Below the pieces are notes generated by a model. It saw only the letters and a program-made list of their open reading frames with translations. It did not search any database and was not told the origin of the DNA. 14,466 nt of DNA from Candidatus Yanofskybacteria bacterium (GTDB lineage Bacteria; Patescibacteriota; Minisyncoccia; 2-02-FULL-40-12; GWA2-44-9), in assembly GCA_016185505.1 (NCBI GenBank), contig JACPNL010000011.1:1-14466 (forward strand), written 5' to 3'. The translations under genes were made by a program, and so were the position numbers. Shown in pieces: positions 6,389 to 13,312 of the stretch (its first letter is position 1; every line of letters starts with the position of its first letter).

Positions 6389-7804
6389 ATGAAACTTACT
6401 TTCTATGGTGGTGCTCGCCAAGTGACCGGAGCCAACTACTTGTTGGAGTTGGGCCCCGACGCAAGGTCGGGGTCAACAACCAAGTTGTTGGTTGATTGCG
6501 GGATGTTTCAGGGTTCAAGGTATGCGGAAGACCTGAACTATGAAAAATTTCCATATGATCCGGCGGAGATTAATTTTATTTTTATCACTCATAGTCATAC
6601 CGACCACGCTGGACGCTTGCCCAAGTTGTATAAAGAAGGATTCAGGGGCAAGGTCGTTGCGACAAACGCGACCCTTGATCTTATCAGAAAAGCTCTGCCG
6701 GACAACTTAAGATTGATAGAACAAGAAGCAAAAGATACTGGACGAGAACCACTGTTCTCTCTTGAGAACTTGGAAGGTGTTCTTAATTTGGTTCAGGGAG
6801 TTGATTATGAGGAAAATATTGAATTAGGTGGTGGTCTTGAAGTTAAATTACATGATGCCGGACACATATTGGGTTCTTCCATCGTGGAAATACGATGGAA
6901 GAACAAATCCGAAATCCGAAATCCGAAATCCGAAAATAATTCGAAACATCTTTACTTTACCGGTGATCTGGGGAATCCCCCGACACCCTTATTGAAATCG
7001 CCTTATTACCCCAATGATGCTGATTATGTCGTTATAGAGTCCGCCTACGGTTCAAGAACTCACGAGGATAAGGCCGAAAGAAAGAATATTTTACAGAAGA
7101 TCATAATTGAAACCATCCAAAGAGGTGGTGTGCTGACGATACCTTCGTTCGCGATGGAAAGAACGCAGGAACTTCTCTATGAACTCAATGGTCTGTTCAA
7201 CGACAATAAAATTCCCAAAGTACCCGTTTTTGTCGATTCTCCTCTGGCTACCAATTTGACCGAGGTGTACAGAAAGCATTCGGATTATTTCAATAAAGAA
7301 ACTATGTATATAATTAATTCCGGTGACGATATATTTAATTTTCCCGGGCTAAAATTCACTCGTACCACCGAAGAATCAAAACAGATAAACGATGTTACTC
7401 CGCCGAAGATAATAATTGCCGGCTCGGGAATGTCTACCGGCGGCCGGATATTGCATCACGAAAGGCGTTATCTGCAGGATCCGAATTCCACTATTCTGTT
7501 CATCGGTTATCAAGTAAAAGGTTCTTTGGGCAGGAGAATTTTGGATGAGGAAAAAGAGGTCAAAATATTCGGCGAAAAAGTTACCGTGAACTGCAAAGTG
7601 GAGGCGATAGGAGGATACTCCGCTCACGCCGACAGCGAAGGGCTTTTGGAATGGGTCAAAACCGCGAACAGCGAAGGTAAATTAAAAAAGGTATTTGTGG
7701 TGCAAGGCGAAGAGGATTCCTCATTGGCTCTCGCAAGAAAAATAGAAAGAGCGCTGGAAATTGATGCGGTGGTGCCGAAGCAAGGGGAAGGGTTCGAGTT
7801 GTAG
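6389..7804 (+). CDS. MBL-fold metallo-hydrolase, beta-CASP RNA-metabolising family (RNase J / CPSF-like ribonuclease)
   Basis: HSHTDHAG (HxHxDH), LVDCGMFQG, a beta-CASP region and C-terminal GGYSAHAD. 471 aa. Confidence 0.8.
   Translation: MKLTFYGGARQVTGANYLLELGPDARSGSTTKLLVDCGMFQGSRYAEDLNYEKFPYDPAEINFIFITHSHTDHAGRLPKLYKEGFRGKVVATNATLDLIRKALPDNLRLIEQEAKDTGREPLFSLENLEGVLNLVQGVDYEENIELGGGLEVKLHDAGHILGSSIVEIRWKNKSEIRNPKSENNSKHLYFTGDLGNPPTPLLKSPYYPNDADYVVIESAYGSRTHEDKAERKNILQKIIIETIQRGGVLTIPSFAMERTQELLYELNGLFNDNKIPKVPVFVDSPLATNLTEVYRKHSDYFNKETMYIINSGDDIFNFPGLKFTRTTEESKQINDVTPPKIIIAGSGMSTGGRILHHERRYLQDPNSTILFIGYQVKGSLGRRILDEEKEVKIFGEKVTVNCKVEAIGGYSAHADSEGLLEWVKTANSEGKLKKVFVVQGEEDSSLALARKIERALEIDAVVPKQGEGFEL
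6905..6932 (+). repeat. 4 x AAATCCG heptamer tandem repeat inside MBL-fold ribonuclease CDS
   Basis: aaatccg x4 (encodes SEIRNPKSE). Confidence 0.9.
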
Positions 7805-8032
7805 AGCGAAACTATCAAATAATTTTTTACGCCTTACGCTCCATTAACAAATCTTGCAATAATTTATCATTGTTCAGACAAAAATTTAGCACCCGTTCCT
7901 CCCTTCGGGATTTTCCGGCTAAATTTTTGGAAGATTACCTGAACAATTTCTAAATTATCTTGGATTTGTGATAAAGGAGCGTAAACGCTAGAAAAATTAC
8001 TTAACAGTTTCGCTCTTTGGATGCTTTGATTT
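7803..8032. repeat. Long palindromic element C1: about 40-bp inverted arms (GAGCGAAACTNNCAAATAATTTTTTANGCCTTNCGCTCC) enclosing a palindromic cargo capped by a UUCG hairpin
   Basis: Left arm 7804-7842 and right arm 7976-8015 are near reverse complements. The inner pairs ATTAACAAATCTTGCAATAATTTATCATTGTTCAG / CTGAACAATTTCTAAATTATCTTGGATTTGTGAT and AAAAATTTAGC / GCTAAATTTTT flank TCCCTTCGGGA. The start overlaps the TAG stop of the MBL gene. A second copy lies at 9695-10109. Confidence 0.7.
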
Positions 8033-8083
8033 TTACTCTTTGCTATTTTGCCAACAAAGTTTAATCATACACAACACAGAGCT

Positions 8084-8668
8084 TTACTTCTCCCAATTTC
8101 CGAGGCGGGGTGGGTTGTTGTTGGGCCACGTAAAGTGGCGTGGCCACCATGTGGCTTTACGCCAGTCGGCCAACATTACGAGGATTTTTACCAGCAATGG
8201 CTTGTTGTCGCGAGCTATCATCGCTATTGCGCAGGCGCGGTGCATTCCTTCGGCTATGCAAATGTCGCCGTTAGGCAGACGAGTGGCGGTTAGAGTTGTT
8301 TCCGTTCCGTTAAAATTATTCGCGATATCTCGTATATACCAGTGATTATGAACTCCCGGATGGGTGAGCAGGTCTTTGAGTCGCGGCGGCTGTTCGGGAA
8401 AAGAATTGTAGAACCATTTGCTCCAACCGTGGAACATTCCGCCTCGCCATTCGGGGATAGTTGCAAGCGGTTTGGGAACTTCGTAGAGTCCCCATTTTAA
8501 TTCTCGAGAAAACAACGGCGCATGGGTTTTCTTTCTCCATTCCTCCCACGATTTGTGCCCCTTTGCTTCCCAAAACGGTTTCCAGTGCTCAACACCTTCT
8601 TCCATCTTCCGCCAACTCTCAAAAACTTCATTAGGGGTCAGTGGTTTTATGAATTTTAATTCGTCCAT
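8084..8668 (-). CDS. Hypothetical Trp-rich protein with possible ParB/Srx-like (DGxHR-type) motif
   Basis: The only convincing minus-strand ORF (194 aa). PNGDICIAEGMHRACAIAMIARD resembles the ParB/sulfiredoxin-fold DGHHR region. Unusually rich in Trp. The overlapping plus-strand ORFs 8040-8345 are judged spurious. Confidence 0.45.
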   Translation of the reverse strand: MDELKFIKPLTPNEVFESWRKMEEGVEHWKPFWEAKGHKSWEEWRKKTHAPLFSRELKWGLYEVPKPLATIPEWRGGMFHGWSKWFYNSFPEQPPRLKDLLTHPGVHNHWYIRDIANNFNGTETTLTATRLPNGDICIAEGMHRACAIAMIARDNKPLLVKILVMLADWRKATWWPRHFTWPNNNPPRLGNWEK

Positions 8669-8757
8669 GTTCTTAAGTTATCACTTCTGTTTAATGAAGT
8701 AAAATAAAATTTCGGATACTCGATGAATTGAAATTAGCAAGTTTCTTGAACCTTTAT

Positions 8758-8799
8758 TCTTGTCTCAATTTTCCTCGTACGAGGAAAATTGAGACAAGA
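8758..8799. promoter_or_regulatory. 42-bp perfect palindrome in divergent intergenic region (candidate operator / cruciform)
   Basis: TCTTGTCTCAATTTTCCTCGTA | CGAGGAAAATTGAGACAAGA is perfectly self-complementary. It lies between the minus-strand gene start (8668) and the plus-strand gene start (8909). Confidence 0.6.
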
Positions 8800-8908
8800 G
8801 TTATTCGTATCCTATTTTTAGGGGGATAATTTTGAGTGAAGCAAAGTAAAGAGTGTGCTCTGGTTATCCCTTTGAAGAATTTGTTATAAGTTGTAAGATG
8901 AAATCATT

Positions 8909-9631
8909 ATGACAAACGATAAAAAGGGGCAACTCAACTTGCCGGCGTCTAAATTACCGGCAGAAAAACCCAAAAAAGGGGAGGATTTTAGAAAGTCGCT
9001 TCACTGGCGGGTGTTCAGGATACTTTCCGAATTTGTGGAGGGCTGGCAGTTTTTGGCCGATTTCAAAAAGACTGTTTCGTTTTTCGGTTCTGCTAGAACT
9101 CCCGAAGGCGATAAATGGTACGAGGAAGCGCGCAAGCTTGGGAAACTGGCGGCCGAGGGAGGATTTGCGGCAGTAACCGGTGGAGGTCCCGGCATTATGG
9201 AAGCGGGCAACCGCGGCGCCGTTGAGGGCAACGGCAAGTCCATTGGCATAAACATACAACTAGAAACGGAGCAAAGAATTAACCCTTATGTGCAGGAGAG
9301 TACCGCTTTCCACTATTTTTTTGTCAGAAAAGTCATGCTGTCATTTGCCGCTCAGGCGTATGTGTTTTTTCCCGGCGGGTTGGGAACGTTAGATGAGGTG
9401 TTTGAATTGGTGACTCTCATCCAAACCAAAAAAATATCAGAAAAGATCCCCGTTGTTCTGCTTGGAAAGGACTTTTGGGAGCCGATAGACAAGCTTTTAA
9501 GAGAAAATTTTTACGAAAAATATCAGACCATTGATAAAGAAGATCTCAATATTTATAAAATAGTCGACTCCGCCGAAGAGGCATATGAACTCATCAAAAA
9601 CGCCCCACCTAGAGAGGACTGGTATTATTAG
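8909..9631 (+). CDS. LOG-family protein (cytokinin riboside 5'-monophosphate phosphoribohydrolase-like; TIGR00730 / YvdD-type)
   Basis: VTGGGPGIMEAGNRGA and FPGGLGTLDEVFE are the LOG / lysine-decarboxylase-like family motifs. About 240 aa. Confidence 0.8.
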   Translation: MTNDKKGQLNLPASKLPAEKPKKGEDFRKSLHWRVFRILSEFVEGWQFLADFKKTVSFFGSARTPEGDKWYEEARKLGKLAAEGGFAAVTGGGPGIMEAGNRGAVEGNGKSIGINIQLETEQRINPYVQESTAFHYFFVRKVMLSFAAQAYVFFPGGLGTLDEVFELVTLIQTKKISEKIPVVLLGKDFWEPIDKLLRENFYEKYQTIDKEDLNIYKIVDSAEEAYELIKNAPPREDWYY

Positions 9632-9694
9632 TTGGTCAAGCCAGCTGAGCTGGCTCAACCCCACTAAATTTTGAGAAAAGGCATACTCTTGCAG

Positions 9695-10109
9695 TAGAGC
9701 GAAACTGCCAAATAATTTTTTAGCCTTCCGCTCCAGGAGAGCAGGATTCAAACTCCCATCGTCTTGAGAGACCCAAAAATGAGATGATTTCTTTGGTGTG
9801 ACGACGAAGATGTAGTTTAACACTACTTCGAGGAGGCACAACAAAGAAAGCGTCCATTTTTGGGCTCCCCCTTGGGGCGGGGCGGACTTACTTATCTGCT
9901 TCGTTGTCCAGATTCCTTCGGAATCGAGGATCCTCGATTGCTTCGCAATCGGGACTCGTCGCTTACGTACCGTTAAGGTACGCATCACTCCTCGCGCCTC
10001 GCATATAAGCAAGTCCGCTCCCGCTCAATTGATGCGAGTTTGAATCCTGCTCTCCTACGTCAACGCTAAAAAATTATCTGACCAGTTTCACTCTCTGGAT
10101 GCTTTGATT
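9695..10109. repeat. Palindromic element C2: same outer arms as C1, carrying a different, nested cargo
   Basis: TAGAGCGAAACTGCCAAATAATTTTTTAGCCTTCCGCTCC (9695-9734) matches the C1 left arm. ACGCTAAAAAATTATCTGACCAGTTTCACTC TCTGGATGCTTTGATT (10062-10109) matches the C1 right arm and tail. Confidence 0.7.
9735..10056. mobile_element. Nested 322-bp element with perfect 21-bp terminal inverted repeats (AGGAGAGCAGGATTCAAACTC ... GAGTTTGAATCCTGCTCTCCT), highly structured interior; MITE-like or structured ncRNA
   Basis: Perfect TIR 9735-9755 / 10036-10056. The interior holds several perfect hairpins: ATTCC-TTCG-GGAAT, CGATTGC-TTCG-GCAATCG, GTACC-GTTAA-GGTAC and the CGAGGATCCTCG palindrome. No ORF. 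Confidence 0.55.
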
Positions 10110-10324
10110 CAATCGATGATGTTGGAAAGAAACAAACTATTCATTCTCAAAATTTAGAGGGGTCTCGCTCCTCAACGCTAATTTTTCCGTGTTTTCCGAT
10201 TTTTCAGCGCTTCTGTGGTTAAAATTACCCAACGGCCTCGCTCCTCGGACGTTTTTATTTAATCGACGCAACAAGGGGTCTCGCTCCTTTGTGTTGTTGT
10301 GCTTGGTATTTTTGATGGGGCAGG

Positions 10325-10354
10325 TTGACAAAGCATAGCCCAATATGCTACAAT
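10325..10354 (+). promoter_or_regulatory. Near-consensus sigma70 promoter for nfeD-flotillin operon (TTGACA - 18 bp - TGCTACAAT) with palindrome AGCATA-N6-TATGCT in spacer
   Basis: TTGACA at 10325-10330. TACAAT at 10349-10354, preceded by an extended -10 TG. Inverted repeat AGCATAGCCCAATATGCT in the spacer. Confidence 0.55.
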
Positions 10355-10440
10355 ATTTTGGAAATCTCGAGTTGCCAGAAGGGCTCTCGAGATGGCAGTT
10401 CGTTCACAACTGTGGAGAGCCACGGAGAGAGGAAGGGGAT

Positions 10441-10968
10441 ATGCCACTGTTTATCGTCGCCGGGCTCATGGGGTTCCTGTTCTTCGTTGGGGCACTGATT
10501 TTCGGTGACCACGACGTCGGGCACGACCATGACTTTGATGGCGACCATGACCATGGAGGGTCGAGCGTGTTTTCGGTCTTCAATGTGTCATGGTTTCTCA
10601 TCGGGTTCGGCGGAATGGGGGCGGTTATCAGGGCCAATGACGTGGGGATGCCCGGAAGCACGATGTCCGGTCTCGCGACCGGTATTGCTTGCTGGGGCCT
10701 CGCTTTCTGCGTCATGCACCTGCTTGCAAAACAGCAGGGTGATTCAACCGTGACAGTCGCACGCATCATGAATGCGACTGGTACGGTCGTGATGTCTATT
10801 CCCGCAAACGGGGTGGGCAAGGTCCAGTGCAGTGTGGCCGGAAGCTTGCAAGAGTTTCTGGCTCGCTCGACGACACCGGTTTCGTTGTCGGAAGGTTCTC
10901 AAGTGAGAATCGTCGGCGATGCCGGTGGTGTGTACTTGGTGGAAGCTCAAACACAAGGAGGCAGGTGA
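10441..10968 (+). CDS. NfeD-like membrane protein (short NfeD / YuaF-like, partner of SPFH-flotillin)
   Basis: Start at the ATG at 10441 behind GAGGAAGGGG. The ATG at 10345 lies inside the -10 box. Two TM helices, a His/Asp-rich loop (DHDVGHDHDFDGDHDHGG) and a C-terminal beta domain. The stop overlaps the SD of the downstream flotillin gene. Confidence 0.65.
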   Translation: MPLFIVAGLMGFLFFVGALIFGDHDVGHDHDFDGDHDHGGSSVFSVFNVSWFLIGFGGMGAVIRANDVGMPGSTMSGLATGIACWGLAFCVMHLLAKQQGDSTVTVARIMNATGTVVMSIPANGVGKVQCSVAGSLQEFLARSTTPVSLSEGSQVRIVGDAGGVYLVEAQTQGGR

Positions 10969-10969
10969 C

Positions 10970-11269
10970 ATGGAGTTTTGGAAACAGCTCTCGGCAAACC
11001 TCGGATGGGTTATCGGAACAGTCCTACTGTTCATAGCCATCCTTGGTTCTCTTCGTTACGCGGCAAGCCGGTACAAGAAAGTGCCGCCAAGCCGCGTCGG
11101 GATCATCTACGGCCGTAAGCAGATCTATGAGATCCCGCAACAGGATGGAACCGTAAAGCAGGAGAAGCTTGGATTCCGCCTGCTCACCGGCGGCGGCGCG
11201 CTTGTCCTCCCGTTCTTGGAAGACTATGCCGAGTTGGACCTAAGCGCTCGACGTGATGATCGACGCTAG
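10970..11269 (+). CDS. Flotillin (SPFH-domain, FloT/YuaG-like) N-terminal fragment - interrupted by +1 frameshift near 11243-11256
   Basis: Strong SD AAGGAGG (10954-10960). MEFWKQ...VLLFIAILG TM helix, then GRKQ...FRLLTGGGALVLPFLEDYAELDLS matching flotillin (RGGGTFVFPVFEEVEKLSLEVM). The frame then runs into RRDDRR-stop. Confidence 0.7.
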   Translation: MEFWKQLSANLGWVIGTVLLFIAILGSLRYAASRYKKVPPSRVGIIYGRKQIYEIPQQDGTVKQEKLGFRLLTGGGALVLPFLEDYAELDLSARRDDRR

Positions 11270-12701
11270 AGGCACAGCTACTGTCGTGATCGGAACCGAT
11301 ACGTCGAGTCTCATCACTGCCGCTCGCAACTTCGAAGGTAAGAAGGAACAGGATATCAACCAGATTGCCCGGGAAAACCTGGAAGGCCAACTGCGGTCGA
11401 TTCTCGGCACCTTGACGGTTGAAGACCTGATCGGTGAGCGCAAGAAGCTCAATGAGGCGGTCTTGGAAGGTGCGGAGAGTGAGCTTCTGAAGCTCGGTCT
11501 GCGCATTTCCATCCTGACCATTCAGGAGATCACTGACCAGGTTAAGTACATCGAATCGCTGGGCAAAAAGCGTACCGCCGAAGTTCAGCGGGATGCTACT
11601 ATCGGCGAAGCCGAGGCGCAAAGCAAAGCCAAGATCGCGGCAAGCAACGCCACGAAAGAAGCCGAGACTGTCGCCGCGCAGAACGAAGTCAAGATCGCCG
11701 AGGCCAAGAAGGAGCGTGACGTTCAAGTTGCGCAATTCAAGGCATTGACCGATCGCGAAAAGGCGATTGCCGAACAGGCAGGCGCCATCGCGGCGGCCGA
11801 AGCGGACAAGACAGTGCGTCAGAGGAAGGTTGAGGCCGAAGCGGCCGAGACCACTGCGCGTATCCAACTCGCCGATCAGGAGACTGCTCGTGTCGAGAAG
11901 GAACTGCAGTTCCAGGTCATCAAACCGGCCGAAGCGCAGAAGCAGGCCGCGGTTATCAGGGCCGAGGGAAACAAGCAGACAGGTATCCTCGACGCCGAAA
12001 CCAAGAAGAGGCAACAGGTCATTCAAGCTGAAGCGGCTTTCGAAGCAGCTGCCAAGCAGGCCGACGCGACTCGAACCAAGGCTGAGGCTGATGGTGATGC
12101 TGCGGCAGCAATCGGCAAGGGCGACGCCGAAGCCGTACGTCTAAAGCTCACAGCTGAAGCCGATGGCGAGAAGGCAAAGCGTCTTGCCGCCGCCACGGGT
12201 ACCGAAGCTGAACTGCGGGCGGCTGCATCCGGCAAGGAAGCAGAACTGCTTGCAGAGGCACGCGGTGCTGAAGCAAAGCTCCTCGCAGAGGCCAAGGGTA
12301 AGGAACAGCTGGCTCTCGCGCTTGCCAAACTGGATCAGACAGGCAAACTTCTACAGGTGCTCGACGCAGCCCCCAAGGTTGCAGAGGCCCTGGGCGAAGC
12401 TCTCGCCAAGGCGCTCGGGCCCGACGGCCTTGCCAACGTGTTCGGCCAGATGGCCGCTCCGCTCGGCAGTGTTGACTCGATCCGGATGTATGATTTCGGC
12501 GGGAATGGCCATAACGGTAATGGTGCCGGATCGTTGGCCAAGTATGCCAACATCACACCGGAGCTGTTCTTCAATTTCGTCTCGAAGGCGACGGCACTGG
12601 GTTTCGGGTCTTTGCTCGAGAAGGTCGGGCTGACCTCCGAGATTCTGGACGACATGACAACTTCGGTTTCAACAGGGGCCGATGCATCCGAATCGAAGTA
12701 G
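11253..12701 (+). CDS. Flotillin C-terminal portion (SPFH core, EA-rich flotillin coiled-coil repeats, C-terminal domain); continues the 10970 frame after +1 shift (frame open from 11244)
   Basis: LDVMIDARGTATVVIG...ITDQVKYIESLGKKRTAEVQRDATIGEAEAQSKAKIA aligns with B. subtilis FloT. Long AEA/EAKA repeats follow. Confidence 0.8.
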   Translation: MMIDARGTATVVIGTDTSSLITAARNFEGKKEQDINQIARENLEGQLRSILGTLTVEDLIGERKKLNEAVLEGAESELLKLGLRISILTIQEITDQVKYIESLGKKRTAEVQRDATIGEAEAQSKAKIAASNATKEAETVAAQNEVKIAEAKKERDVQVAQFKALTDREKAIAEQAGAIAAAEADKTVRQRKVEAEAAETTARIQLADQETARVEKELQFQVIKPAEAQKQAAVIRAEGNKQTGILDAETKKRQQVIQAEAAFEAAAKQADATRTKAEADGDAAAAIGKGDAEAVRLKLTAEADGEKAKRLAAATGTEAELRAAASGKEAELLAEARGAEAKLLAEAKGKEQLALALAKLDQTGKLLQVLDAAPKVAEALGEALAKALGPDGLANVFGQMAAPLGSVDSIRMYDFGGNGHNGNGAGSLAKYANITPELFFNFVSKATALGFGSLLEKVGLTSEILDDMTTSVSTGADASESK

Positions 12702-12714
12702 CTCGTTCATTCAT

Positions 12715-12748
12715 AGAGGTCGGGGTAACAACCCCGACCTCTATTCTT
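12715..12748 (+). terminator. Terminator-like 12-bp perfect hairpin after flotillin
   Basis: AGAGGTCGGGGT-AACA-ACCCCGACCTCT followed by ATTCTT (weak U-tract). Confidence 0.5.
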
Positions 12749-12764
12749 AGGAGAGGAGAAAACA

Positions 12765-13220
12765 GTGAAGTACCAACTCACAGAAGGTATTCCGGACGCT
12801 CTCGTGATTCACTGTGCCGATCCGCGTTTTCAGGAAGCCTTCAGAGCCTACCTGAAGAATGATCTCGGTATACGTATGCCGATGATCATAGCGTTGCCTG
12901 GCGTGACCAGCCACTTCGGGATGCAGATGATGTTTCCGAAGAACTGGTACACAGTAAGGTCACACCTCAAGACCATGACAGATCGTCACGATGTGGCACG
13001 AGTCGTCCTTATCAATCACGACGACTGCAAGGGCTACGCCAAGATTGCCGATAAGCTTGGTGGTCTGGTGAAAGTTCCAGAGTGGCAGCGCAAGCACCTC
13101 CATGGCCTGGCAGAGTTTATCAGAAAGGAATATCTGCCTCACGCCTCTTTTGAACTCTACCAAGCGCATATCGTTGAGAAAGGCAGTGTGCGTGAGGTCG
13201 AGTTCGAGAAAATCTTGTAG
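12765..13220 (+). CDS. Hypothetical protein with beta-carbonic-anhydrase-like CxDxR ... HxxC motif arrangement (HCADPRF ... NHDDCKGY)
   Basis: GTG start behind AGGAGAGGAG (12749-12758). 151 aa. The spacing of the Cys-Asp-Arg and His-x-x-Cys motifs resembles the zinc ligands of minimal beta-CAs. The function call is tentative. Confidence 0.5.
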   Translation: MKYQLTEGIPDALVIHCADPRFQEAFRAYLKNDLGIRMPMIIALPGVTSHFGMQMMFPKNWYTVRSHLKTMTDRHDVARVVLINHDDCKGYAKIADKLGGLVKVPEWQRKHLHGLAEFIRKEYLPHASFELYQAHIVEKGSVREVEFEKIL

Positions 13221-13263
13221 GTTCTACGCCGCCGGTCTGATACTTACAACGGCTAACGCCGAC

Positions 13264-13312
13264 GCCCCCTTCGGGGGCCAGAGGGGGACACGTGTCCCCC
13301 TTTTAATTTTTT
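13264..13312 (+). terminator. Tandem intrinsic terminators (CCCCC-UUCG-GGGGG hairpin, then GGGGGACAC/GTGTCCCCC perfect hairpin + TTTTAATTTTTT)
   Basis: 13264-13278 GCCCCCTTCGGGGGC. 13283-13300 is a perfect 18-bp palindrome followed by a T-run. Confidence 0.8.

Noticed and set aside
7730-7810. Possible tRNA suggested by GGGTTCGAGT near the MBL gene stop
   Set aside because: No complementary T-stem or acceptor stem could be built. It is coding sequence (GEGFEL-stop).
8040-8345. Overlapping plus-strand ORFs (101 aa and 81 aa)
   Set aside because: They overlap the longer, better-behaved minus-strand ORF 8084-8668. They have no SD or family signal, so they are treated as shadow ORFs.
9497-10012. 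171-aa minus-strand ORF
   Set aside because: Its 3' part is antisense to the LOG gene, and the remainder runs through the palindromic and TIR repeat elements. Repeat-derived open frame, not a gene.
9735-10056. Retron msr/msd ncRNA interpretation of the 21-bp perfect inverted repeats
   Set aside because: Retron a1/a2 repeats look similar, but no reverse-transcriptase ORF, or any ORF, follows within 300 bp. It is kept only as a generic structured-element hypothesis.
9735-10056. tRNA-like or tmRNA-like ends (GGATTCAAACTC resembles a T-arm)
   Set aside because: No 5-bp T-stem flanks the candidate loop, there is no acceptor stem or CCA context, and the T-loop position 56 would be T rather than C. 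Not a tRNA.
11184-12026. 280-aa minus-strand ORF, and other long antisense ORFs at 11240-11521, 12023-12328, 12335-12655 and 10404-10820
   Set aside because: They lie antisense to the well-supported flotillin/NfeD genes inside the high-GC island. Their products are low-complexity (R/L/G/A-rich) with no recognisable domains. They are a typical GC-driven artefact.
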